DNA of 23,985 bases. Source: an uncultured virus (IMG/VR IMGVR_UViG_3300030685_000002). Lineage: Duplodnaviria; Heunggongvirae; Uroviricota; Caudoviricetes. Made by a program: the position numbers and the translations under genes. The DNA is taken from IMG/VR virus record IMGVR_UViG_3300030685_000002. One strand, given 5' to 3'. This document shows, piece after piece, positions 9,836 to 17,516 of this stretch. The notes under the pieces are model-generated. The model searched no databases and was not told where the DNA came from. It worked only from the letters and a program-made list of their open reading frames with translations. Each line of letters opens with the position of its first letter. Position 1 is the first letter of the stretch.

Positions 9836-10383
9836 ACTTCATGTATTTTGTATTTATTATTTACTTGAATATATTTTATTGTTTGGTCTACTATAGAATG
9901 TAAATCAATTTTCCATTGTCGACAAAGAAGTTCAATAAGAAATAGCATTTGATTAATTATCTTTTCCATTTTTGGATGTTCTTCAAACTGTAGTTCAGAT
10001 ACTATTATAGTAATACAATCTGCTGAATTAAAACGGATGAAATCAATCGATTTAGAGCGTTCAAAACTTATTTCCATACCATGTATCCAACCATAAGCAA
10101 TTAGTTGAATATAGGCCATTGCAAGATAATATTCAACACTATCCTTTATGAATACCTCAAAGTTATAATCATAGTATTGTTCAACGGCATTATTACTTAA
10201 TCCAAATGATTTAAAATTAGCTTCTTTACCTTTACGTTTAGCAAGAGAACAATCACAAAGACTTTTAATAGCATCTAATGATAAATATTCATTTGATAAC
10301 CGATGCTTTTTATTATCGTATATTTCAAATATGTTTTCCTTTATGGAATTAGTGTAGTTAGTTAGCTCTTTTCTTTTTATCAT
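9832..10383 (-). CDS. Degenerate MazG-like protein (catalytic acidic residues absent)
   Basis: LSNEY...AKRKGK...IKDSVEYYLAMAYIQL...IDLHSIVDQTIKY follows the layout of Bacteroidota phage MazG-like proteins as I recall it (SELMEAVEADRKG...KDTVEDELAD...IDL..HIE.KM.YN), without the E/D ligands. Confidence 0.5.
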   Translation of the reverse strand: MIKRKELTNYTNSIKENIFEIYDNKKHRLSNEYLSLDAIKSLCDCSLAKRKGKEANFKSFGLSNNAVEQYYDYNFEVFIKDSVEYYLAMAYIQLIAYGWIHGMEISFERSKSIDFIRFNSADCITIIVSELQFEEHPKMEKIINQMLFLIELLCRQWKIDLHSIVDQTIKYIQVNNKYKIHEV

Positions 10384-10558
10384 TTTTCACTGTTTCAAAT
10401 CGTGATAACTTATTTATACTTTCAAATTCTTCTCTTGTAAATTCAACCATTTCTCCTTCATATGTAACTTGAACAATTGTTTTAGTTACTAAGGAAATAG
10501 TATATTGTATATCCTTTTTTTCATCAGTAAATACAATTCCTTTTTTAATTTCAATCAT
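10358..10558 (-). CDS. Hypothetical small beta-rich protein (66 aa)
   Basis: Tiles between rusA and the downstream gene. Confidence 0.6.
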   Translation of the reverse strand: MIEIKKGIVFTDEKKDIQYTISLVTKTIVQVTYEGEMVEFTREEFESINKLSRFETVKNDKKKRAN

Positions 10559-10568
10559 ACAATATTTA

Positions 10569-11282
10569 TTAAATTGGGCCTTCCATTTCTACGATGACGC
10601 CTGGCCTAAGACCCCAGCGTTTAAAAATACCATTCTTAGATACTATCTGTGCATCATTATCATACACAAGACCTACAAGAGCATTCTTTACATCTTTCTC
10701 AGCCTTTTCAGCTTGCATAGCATCCCATATCATCTTTTCAAGGTTATCTAAATCGGGAGCCGTATCTTTAAAGTAAATCTTAGTACCGGCAGTAAGATCA
10801 TCTTTCATGTACTTAGGTGCCGAATCAGATACTTTAAATATAAATTCAAGACGAGTAACAAATACAGCACCACGAAACTTAGTAAATGATATTTCTCCAA
10901 GTTGCTTCAATACTTGTAATTGTAATGCTTTTACTGTATTGGTGATACGTGCATCTTGATATGATTTAATAAGTACATCAGGCTTACCGGTATGCTTATT
11001 TGGATAAACAAGGATTTCTCCTTTCTTGGGTCCATTACTATAACGGGTAACCATAAAACGCGCTGATTGCTTAGGAATAGGATTACCTTTTTCATTTGTA
11101 TCAAGTTCCGGATAGAGTAATACTAATCGTAATTTCTGATATCGAGGATTTACACTGTCTGTTTCAATGACTTCTTCAAAAAGACTACCTTGTGTTGATA
11201 TTACTTCTTGTGGCATTATATTCTTTCTTGAATCACATCGTTCAAGAAACTTTGCTCTATCTGCTTTCGTCCATCCGGCCAT
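10569..11282 (-). CDS. rusA: RusA-family Holliday junction resolvase
   Basis: PIPKQSARF N-terminal motif, PDLDNLEKMIWDAM, and VYDNDAQIV with the catalytic Asp residues of RusA. Confidence 0.85.
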   Translation of the reverse strand: MAGWTKADRAKFLERCDSRKNIMPQEVISTQGSLFEEVIETDSVNPRYQKLRLVLLYPELDTNEKGNPIPKQSARFMVTRYSNGPKKGEILVYPNKHTGKPDVLIKSYQDARITNTVKALQLQVLKQLGEISFTKFRGAVFVTRLEFIFKVSDSAPKYMKDDLTAGTKIYFKDTAPDLDNLEKMIWDAMQAEKAEKDVKNALVGLVYDNDAQIVSKNGIFKRWGLRPGVIVEMEGPI

Positions 11283-11454
11283 TTTTATTTATAATTAATG
11301 CATTAGTAATAATAAGTATTTCACACATTTGAATGCCCTTTATAAGCTCTTTTGTATCTATTCTTGATTTGATATAGTCAGACAACAAATACCTACGCAG
11401 CAACATTGCATTATTGTAGGTATTCATAGCTGATTTGATATTTTCGTTACTCAT
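11257..11454 (-). CDS. Hypothetical protein (65 aa)
   Basis: Likely start MSNENIK at 11454 overlaps the upstream stop as TAATG (translational coupling). Confidence 0.55.
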   Translation of the reverse strand: MSNENIKSAMNTYNNAMLLRRYLLSDYIKSRIDTKELIKGIQMCEILIITNALIINKNGRMDESR

Positions 11455-12386
11455 TAAATGACTTCGAAATTTTGTTGTTCTTCTATTTCTTTTTTTTTCT
11501 CTGTTCGGGAAGGACAAGATAGCAACGCGCATTGGCTACAGTTATCAATATTAGGAACCATACCTTGCCAGTTATCACGTTCATTCTTATTCAATTCTTC
11601 TACAGTTCTACGGATAGATTCATGAAGTTCTGCCTGAGCAAGTTTGTTATATTCTACTTCAATAAATTTATTGTTTATTGCTTCTTTATAATTGAATACC
11701 CAAAAGAAGAATAAAGGATCGTTGTTCTTTAATATGTTTCTTACTGTTGGAGTAAAAACTTGATGAATTGTACTATTAGGGTTTTCCTGCATATTAAAGT
11801 CCAAATCAATGTCACGTATCAACTCATGATACATCTTGCCTTGTATGCCGTCTAAATTAGTTGGAGAACCCCAACAGAACTCACCATAGTCAGAGAATGT
11901 ACCAGTAAGCTTTAAATCAATAGCACAAAGTCGTAAACCACGTGTCGGTAATGCAATAGAAGCAGGGAATATATCAATCTCACCTTGTAAGATAATATTG
12001 TCATTCTTACTCCATATTTTCTTTACACCGACTTGGGTATTCATCTCTTTCTCTATTGGTATCTGATATTCAGTTTTGAGTTTGTTGAACATCATCACTT
12101 GCTGGTCAATACGTATCTGATCAATTTTTTTATCACCTATTGTTTGACCGGCAAGAATTTGCTTAGCAGTAAGTTTCTTTCTTGGCAAATCAAGTGTTTT
12201 CTTGCCACCAATAGAAGCACCCAGACATTGTGTTTCAAAATAATTACCACATGTCATTGATAGTGATTCCCGACTTACTGTTTTATCAATAGTATTAGCC
12301 TTTATGGCCATAGCACAGTAATCACGTTTTTCTCCTTTGTAGAAGAACTTTTTTATTAATGACTGATTGATATATGTCTTACTCAT
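11454..12386 (-). CDS. PD-(D/E)XK exonuclease, Cas4/AddB-like with probable Fe-S cysteines
   Basis: LQGEIDI, AIDLKLTG, QGKMY motifs; N-terminal Cys (YCAM) plus C-terminal CSQC....CP. Confidence 0.8.
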   Translation of the reverse strand: MSKTYINQSLIKKFFYKGEKRDYCAMAIKANTIDKTVSRESLSMTCGNYFETQCLGASIGGKKTLDLPRKKLTAKQILAGQTIGDKKIDQIRIDQQVMMFNKLKTEYQIPIEKEMNTQVGVKKIWSKNDNIILQGEIDIFPASIALPTRGLRLCAIDLKLTGTFSDYGEFCWGSPTNLDGIQGKMYHELIRDIDLDFNMQENPNSTIHQVFTPTVRNILKNNDPLFFFWVFNYKEAINNKFIEVEYNKLAQAELHESIRRTVEELNKNERDNWQGMVPNIDNCSQCALLSCPSRTEKKKEIEEQQNFEVI

Positions 12387-12525
12387 TTTTATATCGTTTT
12401 TTCATATTTTGAATATGGTCTTTTGCTTCTTGATAAGTATCATAAGTAAAACAATACATTGTTCCAAAATAAACATTAAATAATCCATTCTCTTTATTCT
12501 TTTTAATTGAATATCTATCTGGCAT
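12379..12525 (-). CDS. Small hypothetical protein (48 aa), missing from the ORF track
   Basis: MPDRYSIKKNKENGLFNVYFGTMYCFTYDTYQEAKDHIQNMKKRYKNE* fills the gap: starts 3 nt after the upstream stop and overlaps the nuclease start (ATGAGTAA). Confidence 0.65.
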   Translation of the reverse strand: MPDRYSIKKNKENGLFNVYFGTMYCFTYDTYQEAKDHIQNMKKRYKNE

Positions 12526-12528
12526 AAA

Positions 12529-13152
12529 TTATTTGGGTGGATTAGCCTTTTCAAATTCTACTTGAGCTTTTACTACTGAGGACATAGAAGCTGCAATAGT
12601 TTTAGCCTTTTCAATAGTCCACGCAGTAAGTGTTACTCCTTCTGCTTTATCAAACATACCATTCGCTTGCATCTTTTGTAAGGCAAAGCGAAGTCCGGCA
12701 ATATTCATCCATCGTTGTTGTTCATCACCTTTTAATGTGAATGTATAGAACAAATTCAATACACCATCTTCTGCAGCTTGACTTTTGTACACATCCGGAT
12801 TAAGTTCAAAGAATTTGAAAGTACATTCCAATGAAGCTTCAAGACATTTCTGTACTACAAAGCTAGGATTAGGAACACGAGCACCACTGCCACCAAAACC
12901 ACCAGCCTGATTTATAGACTTCATATTTTTGATATTGGTATAGTTTCCTTGTATTGCTACTTCATAAGTATATTCTTCACCAATCTTCCATGATGGTTGT
13001 TGTTTGCTACTATTTGCTGTTCCGGTTACTTGTGTACCGGCATTATCAAGAGTAACAGTAAACTTATAAAGCATACCATTACTTCCACTATATGTATCTT
13101 GTACGCCATTTTTCATCAGTGGTACGAAACTGATTAATTTACCTTGTGCCAT
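12529..13152 (-). CDS. Putative single-stranded DNA-binding / recombination protein
   Basis: OB-fold-like N-terminal strand pattern (LYKFTVTLDN...ANSSKQ...IGEEYTYEV...NIK), Gly-rich linker, position next to the exonuclease. Confidence 0.5.
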   Translation of the reverse strand: MAQGKLISFVPLMKNGVQDTYSGSNGMLYKFTVTLDNAGTQVTGTANSSKQQPSWKIGEEYTYEVAIQGNYTNIKNMKSINQAGGFGGSGARVPNPSFVVQKCLEASLECTFKFFELNPDVYKSQAAEDGVLNLFYTFTLKGDEQQRWMNIAGLRFALQKMQANGMFDKAEGVTLTAWTIEKAKTIAASMSSVVKAQVEFEKANPPK

Positions 13153-13504
13153 TACGTTTCAATTTTGTTACTCGTTCAATCTCTGATTTGCAATCTCCCT
13201 CTGTCAGAAAATAGTTTCCAACTTCATAATACAGATTATCTGTAGTGTTGTTTGTTTCTACTCTTTTTCTTGAAATGAAATCATTCATAGAAACATTTTG
13301 ATTTTTCAAAATATAAACAAAATACTCTTCACCTACTGATACGCGAACAACATTTGTTTTTTTCTTTACATACTTCTTACATCGGATAACATTATTATTT
13401 CCGACATTATCGCCAAATTCCGGCTGACCAGTGCAATCAGGGTAGCTGCTTTTACAATTACCACAAAGATTGCGTTTGGTATCAATTGTTGATACTTTTC
13501 CCAT
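13139..13504 (-). CDS. Hypothetical protein with N-terminal Cys cluster (putative Zn-binding)
   Basis: Start reassigned to MGKVSTID (13504), 1 nt after the upstream stop; LCGNCKSSYPDC...VIRC. Confidence 0.6.
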   Translation of the reverse strand: MGKVSTIDTKRNLCGNCKSSYPDCTGQPEFGDNVGNNNVIRCKKYVKKKTNVVRVSVGEEYFVYILKNQNVSMNDFISRKRVETNNTTDNLYYEVGNYFLTEGDCKSEIERVTKLKRNGTR

Positions 13505-13505
13505 T

Positions 13506-13832
13506 TTAAACCTCCGGTATATATCCAATCCAATCCTCGGCCAATGCATCAGAAACAGAAGGTGCCCATCCATTGATATTGTTTTCCTTATCAACTATTG
13601 CTAATTGATTGTTGTAACGAATAGACAAAAATGGTTTTGCTTCTTCTTTTGTCATTGGAACTTCAAAACGACGTGCAAATTCATCTTTTACTGCTTCAGG
13701 TAATGATTGCATTTTTAGGACAACAAAAATTGGTATTTCAGAAGGTATTTGTTGAAATACAAATAGTCCGTTACCATTCCATCCAATTCTTTGAATCATT
13801 GGATAAGTGTTGATAGCTTGTATAAAATCCAT
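13506..13832 (-). CDS. tad2: DUF2829 family protein, Tad2-like (Thoeris anti-defence nucleotide sponge)
   Basis: MDFIQAI...RIGWNGNGLFV and GWAPSVSDALAEDW are the hallmark N- and C-terminal motifs of DUF2829, the family containing Tad2. Confidence 0.8.
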   Translation of the reverse strand: MDFIQAINTYPMIQRIGWNGNGLFVFQQIPSEIPIFVVLKMQSLPEAVKDEFARRFEVPMTKEEAKPFLSIRYNNQLAIVDKENNINGWAPSVSDALAEDWIGYIPEV

Positions 13833-13873
13833 AATTATTGATTGGCTTACCTATACCGCACTAGGTTTTAGTT
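13833..13873 (-). promoter_or_regulatory. Conserved leader element, copy A (upstream of tad2-like gene)
   Basis: AACUAAAACCUAGUGC-GGUAUAGGUAA-GCCAAUCAAUAAUU-AUG; core at 13857-13847, 14 nt from AUG. Confidence 0.65.
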
Positions 13874-14242
13874 TTATTTCAAAGAATCTACAATAGCACA
13901 GAATAATGCATCCTTCTTTTGTTGGAAAATAGGTAATTGTTCGAAAGAAACAATACATGAATGAGTTTTTGCTTCTGCATTTTTACTTTCTCCATATACC
14001 CATCCATCAGCAACTTTTTCAGCCATCCATGAATTATGCTGTGCATCATGTCCAGCATCCGGATTTTCAATACGAAATTGTACACCTTTAATAGCACTTT
14101 GTTTTTGCCAATCATCGGCTTGATACCAATCTTTTTGAGAATAATCACCATAACTTTCGCAAAATGCTTTATTTGCTTGATAGCAAATAGGAGCAATAAC
14201 TTCTGCAATACTTGCAGGTCTTGAACCAGTATTTTCACTCAT
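13874..14242 (-). CDS. Stand-alone phage RyR-domain protein
   Basis: HNSWMAEKVADGWVYG...KTHSCIVSFEQLP..QQKKD matches the RyR repeat motif (H..W...K...GW.YG...K.HP.LVP...L...K..D). Confidence 0.85.
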   Translation of the reverse strand: MSENTGSRPASIAEVIAPICYQANKAFCESYGDYSQKDWYQADDWQKQSAIKGVQFRIENPDAGHDAQHNSWMAEKVADGWVYGESKNAEAKTHSCIVSFEQLPIFQQKKDALFCAIVDSLK

Positions 14243-14286
14243 AATAGAATATCACTTTACCTATACCAGTGAGAAGGTTCTAGTTA
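14243..14286 (-). promoter_or_regulatory. Conserved leader element, copy B (upstream of RyR-domain gene)
   Basis: AACUAGAACCUUCUCACU-GGUAUAGGUAA-AGUGAUAUUCUAUU-AUG; core at 14267-14257, 14 nt from AUG. Confidence 0.65.
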
Positions 14287-15762
14287 TTAAAATAATTCTT
14301 TATCTTCTTTCTTTACTTCATGGTCGATTTGATCATAACCAACCAACTGCATTTCATCAGCAGAACGAACATGTTCAGCGAATAGCATTACCTTACCAAG
14401 ACTCTTAGCTGTTTCCTCAAGCTTATTGAGTACTTCATATCCCAAGGCCTCAGCATCGCCCATAAGCATCAATGGAGCCTTATTTACGCGCATCATCAAT
14501 TGAGCAATAGCAGCAGTCGCTTCCGACTTACAAATATCAGTTTCCAGAAAAGGAATATTATCGATAGTAACATAATCATCATCAATCGACCAACCAACCG
14601 GCATGTTCTGACTGTTTTTGATGATTTCCTTTTTCTTGGTGCGGAGAGTCGTAATCTTCTCGTCCAACTCACTAACTTCACTTTCCTTCTTTTTATGATC
14701 TTCTTCATTCTTTGCTTTTTGTTTTACTAATACATCCAATTGATTATACTGATTGATTTTTGTCTGGCCAATCTCTAATCGTTTGGCAAGACCAATATTC
14801 TTTTCAGTACCATCACCATCTAATTCTAATTTTGCAGCTTCAAGTACTTTCACATCGAACTTAGTATTCAATTCAGTGATTGCTGCAGTGATTGCTTTTT
14901 CAGAAGTTTCGTACTCAGCATTCTCAGTTTCCAGTTTCTTTTCATCGGCTGCCAATTCTTTGGTAAGACGGTCAATTTCTTCTTTGGCAAAACGAATGGA
15001 GTTAGTAAGACTTTCCACTTGCTTATTATGTGATTTTTTTAGTGGATCCAGTTTTTCATTTTCTGCATCCAACTTCACTTGATAAGTATCGAATCCTTTA
15101 ATTGTTTCATCAATCTCTTCTTTACGAGCAGTAAGTTCAGTAAACAACTTTTGAATAGCCGGAGCATCAGTAATAAGTTTTTGTTGTTCCGGATTGAATA
15201 CGATATTGTCAATACTCTTTTTCAAGAAGTCAACTGACTTATTCAATTCTTTACGCGAATCGATCATTGTTCCTTTTGTAGGATGAATCTCAGCATCTAT
15301 TTTCATTATCTCTTCACGTTCTTTTTCTGAAAGTAAGTTCATGAAGATAGCACGTTGTTTAGCACGGCCCGGTTCTGTTTTACTCCATTCAAAGAACTCT
15401 TCCAATGTAAAATGAGTATAATTGAAGATAGCGCGCATTTCAGTAATTCCTTTGACAACTTTATTGTCTGGAGCAATGAACTGAAATTTGTTCTTACCAT
15501 CAATATTAAAGTCGTAACGAAATTGGTATTGTAAACCATCAGCGCCAGGTATTGTACCGGTAGCAAATCCTTCTTTCTCACCAAAAGTTACTGGATTGAC
15601 AGTAGTATCTTTTACTTCCATGAGTGCTTGGATAAGATTCAAGAAAGAAGTCTTACCTTTTTTGTTTCCGCCTTGTGCGAAGAAGATAGTACCATTTGAT
15701 AAATCCCATTCTCCTTCTTTGAGAAGTTTGTAATTCTTGATATGAATTTTAATTTCTGACAT
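14287..15762 (-). CDS. Rad50/SMC-like coiled-coil ATPase
   Basis: IHIKNYK start, Walker A GGNKKGKTS, long coiled-coil middle, degenerate C-terminal ABC motifs (ICKSE, LMLMGDAE). Confidence 0.75.
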   Translation of the reverse strand: MSEIKIHIKNYKLLKEGEWDLSNGTIFFAQGGNKKGKTSFLNLIQALMEVKDTTVNPVTFGEKEGFATGTIPGADGLQYQFRYDFNIDGKNKFQFIAPDNKVVKGITEMRAIFNYTHFTLEEFFEWSKTEPGRAKQRAIFMNLLSEKEREEIMKIDAEIHPTKGTMIDSRKELNKSVDFLKKSIDNIVFNPEQQKLITDAPAIQKLFTELTARKEEIDETIKGFDTYQVKLDAENEKLDPLKKSHNKQVESLTNSIRFAKEEIDRLTKELAADEKKLETENAEYETSEKAITAAITELNTKFDVKVLEAAKLELDGDGTEKNIGLAKRLEIGQTKINQYNQLDVLVKQKAKNEEDHKKKESEVSELDEKITTLRTKKKEIIKNSQNMPVGWSIDDDYVTIDNIPFLETDICKSEATAAIAQLMMRVNKAPLMLMGDAEALGYEVLNKLEETAKSLGKVMLFAEHVRSADEMQLVGYDQIDHEVKKEDKELF

Positions 15763-15766
15763 ATTT

Positions 15767-16051
15767 TTATTTTTGTATATTGTAAATATTAAATGGATTT
15801 TTTAAACTATAATGAGCTGGATGATCCATAATTAAAAGATTTGAATTTTTTTGTACTTCTCCAGTAATGTCATAAAACTTACCATCAATTTCTGTAATAA
15901 TATGACTTTCATCATACCAACATTTTGCACTTGGATATATATTTTTAAGTATAAGATAAAAATGATAACAACTTCCATTTGTATATACTTGCTGAGAACC
16001 AACAAACGAATCTCTAATTAATGATATAAACTTTTCTATTTCTTGTGACAT
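15767..16051 (-). CDS. Small phage protein with putative Cys-His-Asp triad
   Basis: YTNGSCYHF...HIITEIDGKFYDITG. Confidence 0.6.
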   Translation of the reverse strand: MSQEIEKFISLIRDSFVGSQQVYTNGSCYHFYLILKNIYPSAKCWYDESHIITEIDGKFYDITGEVQKNSNLLIMDHPAHYSLKNPFNIYNIQK

Positions 16052-16061
16052 GTTGTGTTAT

Positions 16062-16325
16062 TTAAAGTGTTTCGATTTCTTTTTCTTTTTCAGCAATAAT
16101 TCTTTCTACTTCATTTTTAGCTAGAATTACTAATATATCTCTCATTTCTTTTGATATATATCTAGTAATAGAAACTCCAGATGAATTTCTATTTGCTGGA
16201 ATCATAATTGAAAATCCACTTACAATTTTGGTTTTTTCTTGAAGTTTTATATCTTCTAGCAATTGTTCAAGTCCAGTTATTTCAGAACTTAATTCAGAAG
16301 CACGTTTTATATTTTCTCTTTTCAT
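16062..16325 (-). CDS. Hypothetical protein (87 aa)
   Basis: Operon tiling with 1-nt and 10-nt gaps. Confidence 0.6.
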   Translation of the reverse strand: MKRENIKRASELSSEITGLEQLLEDIKLQEKTKIVSGFSIMIPANRNSSGVSITRYISKEMRDILVILAKNEVERIIAEKEKEIETL

Positions 16326-16326
16326 T

Positions 16327-16536
16327 TTAAAATGAGTTTAATGTTAGACAATTTGTACATTCTGCTTTATACATACTTACTACTTCTAATTTGTTTTTGT
16401 TGCATGACTTACATAGCTTCGTTTTAAGCGTACTTACATGCTTCTCTACCGAATTGACCCATCTACTAAATTCAAGGGCTTCTTGCTCTTGATACATAGC
16501 AAATAGGTCATTATTCAAGGTACTATCGTTTGTCAT
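16327..16536 (-). CDS. Small zinc-ribbon protein
   Basis: CKSC...CTNC; start reassigned to MTNDSTL, an ATGA overlap with the MTase stop. Confidence 0.6.
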   Translation of the reverse strand: MTNDSTLNNDLFAMYQEQEALEFSRWVNSVEKHVSTLKTKLCKSCNKNKLEVVSMYKAECTNCLTLNSF

Positions 16537-17516
16537 ACATGAATGATTACAATACAAGCTGCAATCATAGTTCCACTTTCTTTAAAGGTACCGGCTGGTA
16601 TTTCTTCGATAACAGCACCCATACCATCAAGAAAAGCTCTGAACTCAGTTTCTTTCTTGTTCTTTGATTCTCTCCAATGATTAGAAGCACATGATACCAC
16701 TATTCCCCCGGGTTTACAGACTTCTACCATTTTATAGATATGATCAATATCCTGATTCTTTGTGAATGGTGGATTAGCGATAACCTTATCAAATGGCTTA
16801 CTACATTCTGAAGTAAGAAAGTCTTGAAAGAAATGGGTAATCTGTTTCTTTGTAAGAACAATAGAATTGAGTCCCATATTCTCAACACATGTAGGCACGA
16901 TATTATGCCATTTGCGTTGCATTGCTTCAACGATAGCACCTTGTCCGGCACTAGGCTCTAGAACACGATCAAAGTTGTTTAATTGAGCAAGTTCTATAAG
17001 TCTGTCAGCAAGTTCTGGCGGAGTACCAAAGAATTGATGTTCTTTCTTTAGATTACGTTTTTCACCACTAGCTATCTCGGCTAATAAATCTGTTGGGTCC
17101 TCAGCAAACACAAAGGCCTTTATTTTACCACCAGTCCATTTACCACCGATAAGTTCTAACGCTTTTGCAACTTCCATATAAAGCTTACGGTCGATTTGTT
17201 CGTCCGGTAGATATACGCGATTTTGTACTACTGTACATTGTAATAATATGTTTTTTGCATTCATAGAAATTTCACTTATTTGTTTTTTTACTTGTTCTTT
17301 TTTGTTTGAACTTTCTTTAATTGGATTATAATCAAGGTCTAAATAAATTAATCCGGTTTCATCATCCCATGTACATTTATATTTTTTAAAAATGGCCATT
17401 CGAATTTCATATATCCTAGGAGATTTGCTTTTTGATTTGATTAATTCATTGTGTTCTTTTATTAAATCCTTATCTAATTGATTATTCTCCAATGTTACCA
17501 AATTTGACATATTCAT
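16533..17516 (-). CDS. Amino (N6A/N4C) DNA methyltransferase, gamma-type motif order
   Basis: FFGTP, VLEPSAGQG (SAM-binding), IANPPF (catalytic), GTFKESGT. Start uncertain (17516, 17510 or 17264). Confidence 0.85.
   Translation of the reverse strand: MNMSNLVTLENNQLDKDLIKEHNELIKSKSKSPRIYEIRMAIFKKYKCTWDDETGLIYLDLDYNPIKESSNKKEQVKKQISEISMNAKNILLQCTVVQNRVYLPDEQIDRKLYMEVAKALELIGGKWTGGKIKAFVFAEDPTDLLAEIASGEKRNLKKEHQFFGTPPELADRLIELAQLNNFDRVLEPSAGQGAIVEAMQRKWHNIVPTCVENMGLNSIVLTKKQITHFFQDFLTSECSKPFDKVIANPPFTKNQDIDHIYKMVEVCKPGGIVVSCASNHWRESKNKKETEFRAFLDGMGAVIEEIPAGTFKESGTMIAACIVIIHV

Noticed and set aside
11454..12386. CRISPR-Cas association of the Cas4-like nuclease
   Set aside because: No repeat-spacer array or other cas genes seen; the context is a phage recombination module.
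14272..14295. Plus-strand AGGTTCTAG resembles the preQ1-I riboswitch loop
   Set aside because: No closing P1 stem, wrong strand for the adjacent genes, and copy A lacks the exact sequence.
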